This document shows, piece by piece, positions 47,103 through 58,630 of a DNA stretch of 64,000 bases. The DNA is taken from positions 2,464,001-2,528,000 of the forward strand of contig OZ271854.1 in assembly GCA_965601925.1 (NCBI GenBank), in the 5' to 3' direction. Each line of letters starts with the position of its first letter. Positions within the stretch are counted from its first letter, which is position 1. The position numbers were made by a program, and so were the translations under genes. Below the pieces are notes generated by a model. That model saw nothing but the letters and a program-made list of their open reading frames with translations. It did not search any database and was not told the origin of the DNA. The DNA is from Alkalispirochaeta sp. (GTDB lineage: Bacteria; Spirochaetota; Spirochaetia; DSM-27196; Alkalispirochaetaceae).

Positions 47103-47537
47103 ATGCAAACCTTCGTAACCGCCGATGCCGCGGGTATACTCGCTCGTCGTGAACACAGCGAGGCGGAGCTCGTTCGCAAGCTGCGTCGTAAGGGCTACGA
47201 CAAAGAGAGTTGTCGATTCGCCCTCGAGGCGGTTCGCAAAAAGGGCTATCAGGACGACCGACGGTTTGCCGATGTATGGGTGCGTTCGGCGATGCGGGGG
47301 CGAGGCAAGAGTCGTAATGCGCTTCTCGCGGGACTTGCGGAGCGGGGAGTAGATCGGGACGTTGCCCGGCAGGCGGTCGCCGCATACGAAACGGATCACC
47401 CGGATTGCTTCGATGTCGCTCTGCAAAACGCTCTCTCCAGGATTTCCGGCGGCGATACGACGAATCGCGAGCGGATCATGCGGCGTCTCGTACGCGCCGG
47501 ATTTCCATTAGTTCATATAAGAAAACATTTTACTTGA
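47103..47537 (+). CDS. recX: Regulatory protein RecX
   Basis: LARREHSEAELVRKLRRKG, DDRRFA, LAERGV, LVRAGF; the frame is open upstream, so the start is uncertain. Confidence 0.85.
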   Translation: MQTFVTADAAGILARREHSEAELVRKLRRKGYDKESCRFALEAVRKKGYQDDRRFADVWVRSAMRGRGKSRNALLAGLAERGVDRDVARQAVAAYETDHPDCFDVALQNALSRISGGDTTNRERIMRRLVRAGFPLVHIRKHFT

Positions 47538-47563
47538 CATTAGTGGAGTTTTTTGGGTATACT
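47534..47563 (+). promoter_or_regulatory. sigma70 promoter TTGACA-18-TATACT
   Basis: Near-consensus hexamers upstream of 47585. Confidence 0.65.
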
Positions 47564-47584
47564 TTCGTTATCAGATAGGATAGG

Positions 47585-48214
47585 ATGGAAGGTATGGCCA
47601 AAGCAAAGAAGAAAAAACGTGTTTTCTCGGCTCACGAAGTAGCCAATTTCTGCGATGTAGTAAATCAAACGGCGATCAACTGGATTCGCCAGGGGCACCT
47701 GGATGCATACACGACGCCCGGTGGACAATATCGCGTATACGCCGACGTACTGGCGAAGTTCATGCAACAACAGGGCATGCGCATGCCCGATGAGGTACGA
47801 GAGGTACTCGCGGAGCAGGCCCGCATAGAACAGGTGCTCATCGTCGACGACGATCAAGAACTCAACGATCTGATAAAGCAATACCTCGACAAACGATATC
47901 CCGAGTTCAAGATCAACCAGGCCTACGACGGATATGACGCAGGCAAAGCCATTTTCGAACATAGGCCCGATGTCGTGCTCCTCGATATCAATCTACCCGG
48001 CGTAGACGGCCTGAAGTTGTGCCGCCAAATCAAAGCGGACGAGAATCTATCGCGACCGATCGTGATATCCATCACCGGTGTAGAAGACAAAGAGGTCGAG
48101 GATCGTGCCAAAGAGGCGGGCGTGGATGCCTTCCTGCGCAAGCCCGTGGACCTTGACGCCCTTCCGGGACTCATCGAGCAACTCGCGGAACAACGATCGA
48201 CGCAGCGGGATTAA
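47585..48214 (+). CDS. Response regulator with an N-terminal excisionase/MerR-like HTH
   Basis: FSAHEVANFCDVVNQTAINWIRQG...TPGGQYRV; REC LLDINLPGVDG, RKP. Confidence 0.88.
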   Translation: MEGMAKAKKKKRVFSAHEVANFCDVVNQTAINWIRQGHLDAYTTPGGQYRVYADVLAKFMQQQGMRMPDEVREVLAEQARIEQVLIVDDDQELNDLIKQYLDKRYPEFKINQAYDGYDAGKAIFEHRPDVVLLDINLPGVDGLKLCRQIKADENLSRPIVISITGVEDKEVEDRAKEAGVDAFLRKPVDLDALPGLIEQLAEQRSTQRD

Positions 48215-48577
48215 ATGTCTGACCGGCAGACAACCGTTCTGCTCGTCGAGGACGAAGACGCGATACGGTTAACTCTACGCGATTATCTGGAACGTAAACG
48301 GTATCGCGTTCGCGTCGCATCGGACGGAGTCGGTGCTATTAAGCATCTCCTCGACGGATCGGTCGATGTAATCGTCACCGATTACCGTATGGAGGTGCTT
48401 GGCGGCGACTATTGGATTCGTTTTTTGCAGAAGTTTTGCCCCGATCAACCGGTCATCATCACCAGCGGGTTTCTGAAACCCGACTTTTCCATACCGTATG
48501 AGGTCATCTACAAGCCGTTCGACTACGCCGATCTTGAGGCGCTCATCGTGCGCAAGCTGGCCGAAGTAGAGACATAA
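48215..48577 (+). CDS. Single-domain response regulator
   Basis: VLLVEDE, VTDYRM, ITSG, YKPF. Confidence 0.85.
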   Translation: MSDRQTTVLLVEDEDAIRLTLRDYLERKRYRVRVASDGVGAIKHLLDGSVDVIVTDYRMEVLGGDYWIRFLQKFCPDQPVIITSGFLKPDFSIPYEVIYKPFDYADLEALIVRKLAEVET

Positions 48578-48855
48578 TGGCGTCCAAGGCCGTTCGTATC
48601 GCCGTGTTCGGGCGCGTGCAAGGCGTGGGGTTTCGGTACTTCACCGAGCGCGCGGCGCGCACTCTCGGCCTGGTCGGTTGGGTTCGTAATCGGCCGGACG
48701 GGAGTGTCGAGGTATATGCCGAGGGTTCCGGCGATCGGTTGGATGAGTTCCAAGCGTATCTTCGCGACGGACCCCCTCTTGCGCGCGTCGACCGTCTGGA
48801 CGTCTCGGAAATGGTGCCTCACGCCATATATGAGCGTTTTCGCGTCGAATATTGA
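48577..48855 (+). CDS. acyP: Acylphosphatase
   Basis: GRVQGVGFR, GWVRNRPDGSVE, GPPLARV. Confidence 0.93.
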   Translation: MASKAVRIAVFGRVQGVGFRYFTERAARTLGLVGWVRNRPDGSVEVYAEGSGDRLDEFQAYLRDGPPLARVDRLDVSEMVPHAIYERFRVEY

Positions 48856-48863
48856 GCCTTTTC

Positions 48864-48892
48864 TTGACACCACTTTTGACAGTTCCTATAGT
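48864..48892 (+). promoter_or_regulatory. sigma70 promoter TTGACA-17-TATAGT
   Basis: Near-consensus hexamers; AGGAGG RBS downstream. Confidence 0.7.
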
Positions 48893-48921
48893 TTTCTGCA
48901 TTAAAGCATAGGAGGCTTGCT

Positions 48922-49365
48922 ATGAAACGATTACTGGTCGGTATTCTGTTTCTGTTTATCGCGTTGGGCACCTGGGGGCAAAATTGGAGTTTAGATCCAA
49001 CGTACGGTAGCGTCAACTTGGAGTCGGGATTTCAACCGGATCCCTTCCGCCGCTCCATGACCGCCGGCGGATCGAGCAATCTTTCGCAGTTGGGATACTA
49101 CGGATACGTCGCGGAGGCGCCGGACTTCAGTCTCAACTACTCCGCCGGATTCTTTTCCCTCACGATCAAAGTCGAGAACACCAACGCCGATACGGTGCTT
49201 CTCGTAAACGGTCCGACCGGTAGCTGGCACTTCAACGACGATACGAACGGGCTCGATCCGGCGATCACGTTCAGCAATCCCACCGACGGCCGATACGATA
49301 TATGGATCGGCACCTTTGACGGGAACTTTGCCGATTCGACGCTGGTAATCACCGAACTCGACTGA
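48922..49365 (+). CDS. Secreted beta-sandwich protein (pre-peptidase PPC-like domain)
   Basis: Signal peptide; YGSVNLESGFQPDP, DTVLLVNGPTG...NDD, GRYDIWIG. Confidence 0.7.
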   Translation: MKRLLVGILFLFIALGTWGQNWSLDPTYGSVNLESGFQPDPFRRSMTAGGSSNLSQLGYYGYVAEAPDFSLNYSAGFFSLTIKVENTNADTVLLVNGPTGSWHFNDDTNGLDPAITFSNPTDGRYDIWIGTFDGNFADSTLVITELD

Positions 49366-49381
49366 CGCATCGTTCATTCAC

Positions 49382-49422
49382 AAAAAAAGGCTGCACCGTC
49401 GTTACGACGGGCAGCCTTTTTT
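49382..49422. terminator. Bidirectional intrinsic terminator
   Basis: AAAAAAAGGCTGC-accgtcgttacgacgg-GCAGCCTTTTTT between convergent genes. Confidence 0.85.
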
Positions 49423-49447
49423 GCGTCTCGGTACCGAGAGCTACCGG

Positions 49448-50818
<1,371 letters not shown>

Positions 50819-50988
50819 TCATCCGATCCGGCGAAACGTCCGTCGTCCGAGATGCGCCGCAATCCGATTGGATGGGCGAGTCGAGCCTTCATGTGGTGTG
50901 AGACACGACGCTTTCATCGCGATTGACACCGCCCGATCCGTACACCGCGCTTGTGCCCCGCTCGGCCATGCCATACAATTCCCCCGGT

Positions 50989-52701
50989 ATGCGCTACTCT
51001 CGGCTGTTTATTAAAACGCTCGTGCAGGTTCCCAAGGACGTCCGGGCGCCCAGTCATGTATTCCTGCTTCAGGCCGGTTTCATTCGTACCGTCGGTCGAG
51101 GGTTGTTTACCGTCACGCCGTTGGGCATGATGGTTATCCGCAATATCGAGCGCATCATTGACGAGGAGATGCGCTCATTGGGCGGCCAGGAGGTGTTGGC
51201 TCCGATCGCCAATCCGCGCGACATGTGGATCAAAAGCGGGCGGGACACGCTCATCGGAGACGATATGATACGGTTTCATGACCGCGTCGACCGAGAGTTG
51301 GTTATGGCGCCTACCCACGAGGAGGCGATGGTAGAACTCGTTCGCGACGGGATCCGAAGCTATCGCGATCTGCCGGTGTTTCTCTACCAGTTTCAGACCA
51401 AGTTCCGCGATGAGGCGCGACCACGATGCGGGCTGTTACGCGCGCGCGAGTTCATTATGAGCGACGCGTACTCGTTTCACCGTTCCTTTGCCGACCTCAA
51501 CGGGTTCTTTCCGCAGGTGTTTGCCGCCTACGGGCGTATCTTTGAGCGGTGTCGCGTGCCGGTGAATCCCGCCCAAGCCGGCGTCGGGTACATGGGCGGC
51601 GAACGAAGCTACGAGTTTCTTCTCCCATGCGAGTACGGAGACGATTACTTGATTCACTGTACCTCGTGTTCCTATGCGGCCAACGAAGAGGTTGCGGTCG
51701 GCGTCAAGGAGTTGGTGCAAGAGCCGCCGCGACCGGCGGAACGCGTGACGGTGGCGGATCAGCGCAGCGTAAGTGCCGCTCGTCAGTACCTGGAGCTCCC
51801 GCGTAATCGCCTTATCAAAGCGATGCTCTATCACTCCGACGAGGGCTTAATCATGGCGGTGGTGCGCGGCGATTACCACGTCAGCGAGGAGAAGCTCGCG
51901 CAGGTCGTGCAACGACCGATTCTGGGACGCGCCACGAGCGAGCAACTCGCCCGCTACGAACTGCCGGGCCCGTGGCTCTCGCCCCTCGGTATACCCGATT
52001 CCGCTCGGGCCGGGCTCACGCTGGTCGTCGACGACGCCGTCGCCGATTCGTCCAACCTGTTCGCGGGGATCAACGAAGTCGGGGTCGTGTGGAAGAACGT
52101 CAACTTCGGTCGCGATTTCGATGCCGATCACGTCGCCGATGTCTCGCGCATTCCGAAGGGAGCGCGGTGCAAGCACTGTTCCGCCGGCGTACTGGAACGT
52201 CTGCGGGCGATAGAGCTGGGGCATATTTTCCGTCTCGGCGACTTCTACACGCGCTCTATGAATTTGCGCCTCTCCGACGAGCGGGGTCGGGCGGTGTATC
52301 CGCACATGGGGAGTTACGGTATCGGACTGGGACGGCTTATGGCGGCGATCGTAGAGGTCAATCATGACGAGCGTGGGATAATTTGGCCCATGGAAGTTGC
52401 GCCGTTCACAGTCTTCCTCATGTCTATCGGAAAGTCGCTTTCGGTTCGCCGTCTGGTAGAGGAGATCTACACCGAGCTTCACGGCGCGGTACTCTTCGAC
52501 GATCGGCGGGAGTCCATCAGTCATAAGTTAAAGGATGCGGATCTGCTCGGTATTCCGATCCGCGTCATCGTCTCGGGAGCCTCCATTTCGGAGGGGGTGG
52601 TGGAGCTTGCCGTTCGGGGCGAGACGGAGACCCGCCGGGTCCGGCGCGACGAGCTCATGGATACCATCAATACACTTGTGAAAGATCGCGCCCATGTTTG
52701 A
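50989..52701 (+). CDS. proS: Proline--tRNA ligase, bacterial type with INS editing domain (divergent)
   Basis: PTHEE, YQFQTKFRDEARPR.GLLRAREF, GHIFRLG, MGSYGIGLGR, DADLLGIP. Confidence 0.9.
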   Translation: MRYSRLFIKTLVQVPKDVRAPSHVFLLQAGFIRTVGRGLFTVTPLGMMVIRNIERIIDEEMRSLGGQEVLAPIANPRDMWIKSGRDTLIGDDMIRFHDRVDRELVMAPTHEEAMVELVRDGIRSYRDLPVFLYQFQTKFRDEARPRCGLLRAREFIMSDAYSFHRSFADLNGFFPQVFAAYGRIFERCRVPVNPAQAGVGYMGGERSYEFLLPCEYGDDYLIHCTSCSYAANEEVAVGVKELVQEPPRPAERVTVADQRSVSAARQYLELPRNRLIKAMLYHSDEGLIMAVVRGDYHVSEEKLAQVVQRPILGRATSEQLARYELPGPWLSPLGIPDSARAGLTLVVDDAVADSSNLFAGINEVGVVWKNVNFGRDFDADHVADVSRIPKGARCKHCSAGVLERLRAIELGHIFRLGDFYTRSMNLRLSDERGRAVYPHMGSYGIGLGRLMAAIVEVNHDERGIIWPMEVAPFTVFLMSIGKSLSVRRLVEEIYTELHGAVLFDDRRESISHKLKDADLLGIPIRVIVSGASISEGVVELAVRGETETRRVRRDELMDTINTLVKDRAHV

Positions 52702-53620
52702 AATGCGCGACGAGATCGCCCGTCGGATAGCCTTCGCTATGGAGAATCAGGACACTCGCTATCTCATGGATATGGAAAAGGGCGTGTTGGTTTCCGTCGA
52801 CGATGTAGATCGCGGCGAGCGGTCCGCCGCGCGCGGCCCGGTCGATCCGGCCGCGCGCTATCAGGCGCTGCCGGAATGGAAGAGCGCCGACGGGTTTCAG
52901 TTGATGGAACATTTCCTCACCGAGCTTCACAACCCTATCGTGCGCTCACAATTGTCGGAGATACTGCACAGCGGGAAGGGTGTGTTTCGCCGTTTTAAGG
53001 ATTGCCTTCGGGAGTATCCTGAGGTGCAGCGGCGCTACCACGTCTCTAAGTATCGATACATGCGCAACGCCATTGTGAGTTGGTACAACGAGATCCGGGA
53101 GCTTTCGGGGTTGGATACCGTCGAATTGGGCGCGGACGAGGAGCTCGACGACTTGGTCATGAGCAATATCGATATTCACGAGGTACGACGCGTGCCGCGC
53201 ACCGTCATATCGGAGCTCGATCGACAGGCGTTTTACGAGGCCAACAAGGGAGTATCCGAAGAGATCGTACGGTATCTCTATCGCCGCCGCCGCGCACGCC
53301 TACCCGAGCCGGGCGATGCGCACAGCGTCGTGTTCGGTGCATACATCGCCGGAGAAGATCTGTGCGGTTTTCTGTGGGCGACGCGCGATAATACCGAGAC
53401 TGCGAAAACGATCTATCTCCTGCATCAGGTGTACGTATTACCGGAGCATCGAGGATTGGGCATCGGGACGTCGCTGTTGGAGTATGCGGTTCGGACGTTT
53501 CGAAAGGATCGCGCTATCGGCGTGGTCGCGCGGTTTCCCGGAAGCGGGGAGCTCATTGACGGCCTGCTCAATCGAAACCAGTTTTCGCTGATACAGAGGG
53601 AGCGAGTACTGGTTTTTTGA
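52694..53620 (+). CDS. UPF0158-like domain fused to a GNAT acetyltransferase
   Basis: IAFAMEN, LPEWKSADGFQLMEHF, GKGVFRRFKD; C-terminal VYVLPEHRGLGIGTSLL (acetyl-CoA motif A). Confidence 0.8.
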   Translation: MFEMRDEIARRIAFAMENQDTRYLMDMEKGVLVSVDDVDRGERSAARGPVDPAARYQALPEWKSADGFQLMEHFLTELHNPIVRSQLSEILHSGKGVFRRFKDCLREYPEVQRRYHVSKYRYMRNAIVSWYNEIRELSGLDTVELGADEELDDLVMSNIDIHEVRRVPRTVISELDRQAFYEANKGVSEEIVRYLYRRRRARLPEPGDAHSVVFGAYIAGEDLCGFLWATRDNTETAKTIYLLHQVYVLPEHRGLGIGTSLLEYAVRTFRKDRAIGVVARFPGSGELIDGLLNRNQFSLIQRERVLVF

Positions 53621-53648
53621 GGATTATCAAAAGGCGTCGACGTGAGTG

Positions 53649-54593
53649 TCACCCGGGAGTCGTGATGTTGAGGCGGGTAGGGGTAATTCCCTTTTGGGCG
53701 AGCCCCTCCAGGATTTCGCCGCGAATCCGTTCGGCCGCGTCGTGGAGTTCGACGAACCGTTGCTCCACCGCCCGAGCGACCGCGTCTTTTGCCGATGCCG
53801 CGTCGTCGCCGGACCCGCGACGCGCTTCGTCGCGAAACGCAGCCGCCTTCGCGACCGGGCCCACATGATAGACCATCACATCCGTCCTGGCCTCGTCCTT
53901 CTCCATATCGCCCAACGGGCTCACTTCCAGGGTATTACCGGCAATGCCGACGAATACGACGTGATCAAAGCCCTTCAGGTAAGAGTCGACTTCCGGCAGT
54001 ACCCGCTTGGTGTCCTCTTTACCCGGGCGATAGCGCGTACCGGCGGGAAACAGGAGGACCATGTGGGCGGAGTGTTTCATTCTTATCATCTCGCGTAGCG
54101 CGCTTCGATTGAGCATGCGACTGCGGGCTCGCTCCTCCTCATAGTGCTCCGTGCCTTCCAAAGATTGGAGACCGCGCGCGGGGTAGATGACGATCCTGGT
54201 GTACGCTTCGGTGAACGCAAGCACAAAGCGGCTCTCTTCGTTCAGTTTCGCCCCCGCCATCGCTACGATGGAATCGGTGAGCGGGCCGCCGTTCTCGTAC
54301 CGGTTTGCAAGGTAAAAGAGGCACGGAATGTCGAAGTTACTGAAGTGCTCCATCAAAATAAGGCACGACTCGCCGCGGCAGGCGCGTTCGTAGAGCTCCT
54401 TCAGATGGTCGTATCCCTCGATACGGCTGCCGGGTAGTACGAGCTTTTCGATGATCTTCTCCACCAACGCACGATTTTTCATGTTCGCCGGTTGAAAGAC
54501 GTGGTTGCGCTCGACGTGCTGTCGTTCCTGAGAATTGCGGATAAGCTCATCGGTGATTTGACGAAACAGCTCGTCGATATGAATCATTGTCAC
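53649..54593 (-). CDS. Glycerol-3-phosphate / 1-acylglycerol-phosphate acyltransferase
   Basis: HFSNFD (HxxxxD), FPAGTR; promoter TTGACA-17-TACTGT at 54660-54632. Confidence 0.82.
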   Translation of the reverse strand: MTMIHIDELFRQITDELIRNSQERQHVERNHVFQPANMKNRALVEKIIEKLVLPGSRIEGYDHLKELYERACRGESCLILMEHFSNFDIPCLFYLANRYENGGPLTDSIVAMAGAKLNEESRFVLAFTEAYTRIVIYPARGLQSLEGTEHYEEERARSRMLNRSALREMIRMKHSAHMVLLFPAGTRYRPGKEDTKRVLPEVDSYLKGFDHVVFVGIAGNTLEVSPLGDMEKDEARTDVMVYHVGPVAKAAAFRDEARRGSGDDAASAKDAVARAVEQRFVELHDAAERIRGEILEGLAQKGITPTRLNITTPG

Positions 54594-54803
54594 TCCGAAA
54601 TTGTACTCGTGATGTAGACGTTACGAAATCAACAGTAGACCGACCCCCACCCTTTGTCAACAAAACGATCCGCTCCGTCGCTCGACCACACCGTCTCCGA
54701 GCGCCGGGGCGAGACGAGGGGCTCGATATTCTTGCGTACAATTGCATATAGATCCTCTTTAGGATACCGTAGTTGAAATACATCCCCAAAAAGGAGGAAC
54801 GAT

Positions 54804-56390
54804 ATGCGCAAATTCGCATTTGTTCTCGGCCTCATGGCCATGACCGCAATCGCCGTGTTCGCCGGCGGTGGACAGGAAGGTCCGTCGGGGGCGGCGTCGG
54901 AGTTCATCGTCGGTAACGGCGCGGAGCCCGAGTCGCTCGATCCGCATTTGATCTCCGGTGTCCCGGAACACCGCATCATGATGGGTCTATTCGAGGGGCT
55001 TGTGGTGCCCGATCCCGAGACCGCCACCGCGATACCCGGTGTCGCCGAGAGCTGGGAAGTATCGGACGACGGCACGGTATACACCTTTTATCTCCGCGAG
55101 GATGCAGTGTGGAGCGACGGCACCCCCGTTACGGCGCAGCAGTTCGTCGATAGTTGGCTCAGAATTCTCGATCCTGAGCTCGCGGCCTCCTACGCGTGGT
55201 TCCCCGCGATCTTTCTCGAAGGCGGTGAGGCGTACAACGCCGGCGAAGCGGGTCCCGAATCGGTAGCCGTGCGGGCGCTCGACGAGCGTACCTTTCAGTT
55301 CGAGACCGTCGGTCCCCTTCCCTATACGTTGGACGCGCTGACTCACTATTCGTTCAACGTCGTGCCGCTTCACGCAATCGAGGAGTACGGTGCCGAGTGG
55401 ACACTTCCTGAGAACTTTGTCGGCAACGGTCCCTACACGCTCGCCGAGTGGTCTCCTCAGGAGCGTATCGTGTTGGAGCCCAACCCGACCTTCTGGGATG
55501 CCGATAGAGTTGAGGTCGATCGGGTGGTCTTCCTGCCCGTAGAAGACGATTCGACGATGTACAACATGTTCGTCAACGGTGAGATGGACTGGGCGACAAA
55601 CGTTCCCCTCGGACGTATCGAAGACGCGGAGCTCCGCGAGGATTATCACGTGACCGCGCAGCTGGCTACCTACTACTACTCCTTTAATACGACTCGTGAG
55701 CCCCTCAACGATCCGCGTGTGCGGCAGGCGCTCTCCCTTGCGATCGATCGCGAGCTGTTGGTCGACACCGTAACGCGCGCCGGACAGGTACCGGCCTTTT
55801 CCATGGTACCGGAGATGGTCGGTTATCCCGGTATCGAAGGATTGGGCGAAGATGTCGAACTCGCGCAGCAGCTCCTTGCCGAAGCGGGATTCCCCGGTGG
55901 AGCCGGCTTTCCGGAGTTTACGATTCTGTACAACACCCTCGATGCTCACCGGTCGATCGCCGAGTTCATTCAGCAGCAGTGGCTGACCAATCTCGGCATC
56001 AGCGTCGTCCTGGAAAACCAGGAGTGGGGGACCTACCTCGATTCTCGAGAGCAGAGTAACTTCGATATCGCTCGCGCCGGGTGGGTAGGAGACTATCAAG
56101 ACCCGAGCACGTTCTTGGACATGTTCATCACCGACTCCGCGTTGAACGGCGGGCGCTTTTCCAATGAGCGTTACGATGGGCTGATTTCGGAAGCCGCCCG
56201 CATGCAGGCCGGTCCCGATCGCTACGCCACCCTCGCCGAGGCGGAACAGATCCTCATCGAGCAGGAGATGGCCGTCATGCCGATCTACTACTATGTCGAC
56301 CTGGACATGATCGATCTGAGTCGATGGGGCGGGTGGTACGCCAACATCATGGGATGGCATCCGGTGGGCGATATCGCTACCGCCAACTGA
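54804..56390 (+). CDS. oppA: Oligopeptide ABC transporter substrate-binding protein
   Basis: EPESLDP, YTFYLREDAVWSDGTPVTA, VGNGPY, RAGWVGDY; AGGAGG RBS. Confidence 0.93.
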   Translation: MRKFAFVLGLMAMTAIAVFAGGGQEGPSGAASEFIVGNGAEPESLDPHLISGVPEHRIMMGLFEGLVVPDPETATAIPGVAESWEVSDDGTVYTFYLREDAVWSDGTPVTAQQFVDSWLRILDPELAASYAWFPAIFLEGGEAYNAGEAGPESVAVRALDERTFQFETVGPLPYTLDALTHYSFNVVPLHAIEEYGAEWTLPENFVGNGPYTLAEWSPQERIVLEPNPTFWDADRVEVDRVVFLPVEDDSTMYNMFVNGEMDWATNVPLGRIEDAELREDYHVTAQLATYYYSFNTTREPLNDPRVRQALSLAIDRELLVDTVTRAGQVPAFSMVPEMVGYPGIEGLGEDVELAQQLLAEAGFPGGAGFPEFTILYNTLDAHRSIAEFIQQQWLTNLGISVVLENQEWGTYLDSREQSNFDIARAGWVGDYQDPSTFLDMFITDSALNGGRFSNERYDGLISEAARMQAGPDRYATLAEAEQILIEQEMAVMPIYYYVDLDMIDLSRWGGWYANIMGWHPVGDIATAN

Positions 56391-56427
56391 CCTATCAGTG
56401 CTACTCTTGTTCTGAGTTTTTTGAAGA

Positions 56428-56461
56428 AAGGGGACCCCGCTACTCCGGCGGGGTCCTTTTT
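56428..56461 (+). terminator. Intrinsic terminator after oppA
   Basis: GGACCCCGC-tactccg-GCGGGGTCC-TTTTT. Confidence 0.8.
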
Positions 56462-56534
56462 CGTATATTTGTACGTTGTCGACCGCATTATTCACCCTTG
56501 CGTCGTGTATTTTCGTCCAGGTATAATCGATGAA

Positions 56535-57464
56535 ATGACTCAGTACATCATCCGGAGATTCCTGGGACTCTTTCCGACGTTATTCGTAATCGTCACGCTT
56601 AGCTTTTTCATCATTCGCGTAGCGCCCGGTGGACCGTTCGCGCGGGAGCGACAGATCCCGCCCCAAGTTTTGGAGAACATCGAACGGAAATACAATTTGG
56701 ATCAACCGCTTTTGGTGCAGTACGGACGGTACATGTTCGACGTTATCCGAGGCGATTTGGGACCGTCCTTTCGATATCAAGATCGAGACGTGAACTTTTA
56801 CATCTTCTCGAGCCTTCCGGCATCGATGTTGTTGGGTGTCATTTCGCTCTCGACCGCTCTCATACTCGGCATCGGTAGCGGCATCGTCTCCGCCCTTCGC
56901 CAAAATCGACTCGCCGACTACCTGTCCATGTCCGTCGCGGTTATCGGTATCTCGGTACCGTTGTTCGTTATAGGGCCCGTGCTTATGTATGTATTGGCCC
57001 TGAGGCTGCAGTTGTTGCCGACAAGCGGTTGGATCGGAGGCCGCAACGGGTGGGTACCGATCATCATGCCGGCGATAACCCTCGCCTTTCCGTACTTTGC
57101 CTACATCGCGCGGTTGACGAGGGCGAGCGTGATCGAAGTACTGCGGAGCGACTACATTCGGACCGCGCGCGCCAAGGGGCTCAAGGAGTCGGTCATCGTA
57201 TTCAAGCACGTGTTGAAGGGTGCCCTCCTGCCCGTCGTTTCCTACCTTGGACCGGCGTTCGCAGGGATCGTGACCGGATCGGTCGTCGTAGAACAGATCT
57301 TTCGCGTGCCCGGCTTAGGGCGTTTTTTCGTCCAGTCGGCGTTCAATCGCGACTATACCTTGATCATGGGCACGGTGATCGTATTCTCGACCATTCTCGT
57401 GATTATGAACTTCATCGTGGACATTGTGTACGCGCTGCTCGATCCACGCATCTCGTATCGGTAA
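56535..57464 (+). CDS. oppB: Oligopeptide ABC permease
   Basis: APGGPF, GDLGPSF, DYIRTARAKGL, NRDY, LDPRI. Confidence 0.93.
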   Translation: MTQYIIRRFLGLFPTLFVIVTLSFFIIRVAPGGPFARERQIPPQVLENIERKYNLDQPLLVQYGRYMFDVIRGDLGPSFRYQDRDVNFYIFSSLPASMLLGVISLSTALILGIGSGIVSALRQNRLADYLSMSVAVIGISVPLFVIGPVLMYVLALRLQLLPTSGWIGGRNGWVPIIMPAITLAFPYFAYIARLTRASVIEVLRSDYIRTARAKGLKESVIVFKHVLKGALLPVVSYLGPAFAGIVTGSVVVEQIFRVPGLGRFFVQSAFNRDYTLIMGTVIVFSTILVIMNFIVDIVYALLDPRISYR

Positions 57465-57473
57465 AGGAATCGC

Positions 57474-58604
57474 ATGAGTAACCATCCCATTACGCATGAT
57501 ATGCGGGAAGACGAAGCGGTCGGAGCCGTTCCGGAATCTCAGAACGTGGTGAATGAGTTCGATCAACCGGTCGAAGGGGTCAGTCTCACCAAAGACGCAT
57601 GGCGTCGTCTCAAGAAAAATCGGATGGCGATGTTCGGTCTCGGTGTCGTCGTGTTATACGCCGTGCTTTCGCTGACCGCGCCGATTCTGCCGATTCACAG
57701 TTTTCGATACCAAGTGTCGGAACACCGCGACCTCCCCCCTTCCTTCACCCGTGCCGCCGGTGAATTGTGGTTGGAGCGGGTGGAAACGCGGACGCGTCTG
57801 CTCGCCGAGCGTGACGGCCGCGCAGAGCTCAACGACGAGGAGCTCGCCGAGCTTGCCGCGATTCGAGAGCGCATCTCTACCGAGACCGCCGTTATCGACG
57901 GACGCGAGGTCATGGTTCATCAACGGCGCTACGTCCTCGGGACCGACCATCTGGGTCGCGATTTGTTGAGTAGAATCCTGTACGGCGGCCGGGTCTCTAT
58001 CGCTATCGGTCTCATCGGCACGATCACTTCGGTTCTGATCGGTATCGTCGTCGGCGCCGTAGCCGGCTACATCGGCGGAAAGACCGACTATCTCATCATG
58101 CGCTTCGTCGACGTCATGTACGGATTGCCCTACATGTTGATCGTTATCATTCTCATGGCCATCTTCGGTCGCAGCATCTTTAATCTGTTTTTGGCGTTGT
58201 CGCTGGTGAGTTGGCTCGTCGTGGCCCGCGTCGTGCGCGGGCAGATTATTTCCCTCAAAAACTCCGAGTTCGTGGAGGCGGCACGTAGCATGGGCGCTTC
58301 CAGAGGACGGATCATTTTTCGCCATCTGGTCCCCAACACCGCGGGCATCATTATAGTCTTCGCCACGCTCCGTATTCCCGCCTTCATCATGCAGGAGTCG
58401 TTTCTCTCATTTCTCGGACTCGGCATCTCGGCACCCTTCGCCTCGTGGGGATCTTTGGTGAGCGAAGGGGTGACGCGAATGACTACCGCGCCGTGGCAGC
58501 TCTTTTTCCCGGCCTTGGCGATGACGTTGTTTCTCTTTGCCATGAACTTTCTCGGCGACGGCCTGCGGGACGCTTTTGATCCGCACAGCAAGAACCGGCT
58601 GTAA
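57474..58604 (+). CDS. oppC: Oligopeptide ABC permease
   Basis: DAWRRLKKN, LGTDHLGRD, EFVEAARSMGA, GDGLRDAFDP. Confidence 0.93.
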   Translation: MSNHPITHDMREDEAVGAVPESQNVVNEFDQPVEGVSLTKDAWRRLKKNRMAMFGLGVVVLYAVLSLTAPILPIHSFRYQVSEHRDLPPSFTRAAGELWLERVETRTRLLAERDGRAELNDEELAELAAIRERISTETAVIDGREVMVHQRRYVLGTDHLGRDLLSRILYGGRVSIAIGLIGTITSVLIGIVVGAVAGYIGGKTDYLIMRFVDVMYGLPYMLIVIILMAIFGRSIFNLFLALSLVSWLVVARVVRGQIISLKNSEFVEAARSMGASRGRIIFRHLVPNTAGIIIVFATLRIPAFIMQESFLSFLGLGISAPFASWGSLVSEGVTRMTTAPWQLFFPALAMTLFLFAMNFLGDGLRDAFDPHSKNRL

Positions 58605-58630
58605 CAGTAGTTGAATGGAGTCTCTTAACG

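Noticed and set aside
47585..47790. Excisionase-like HTH as evidence of a prophage
   Set aside because: Fused to a receiver domain in a housekeeping context; no phage or integrase genes nearby.
54987..56495. 502-aa minus-strand ORF
   Set aside because: Antisense shadow of oppA.
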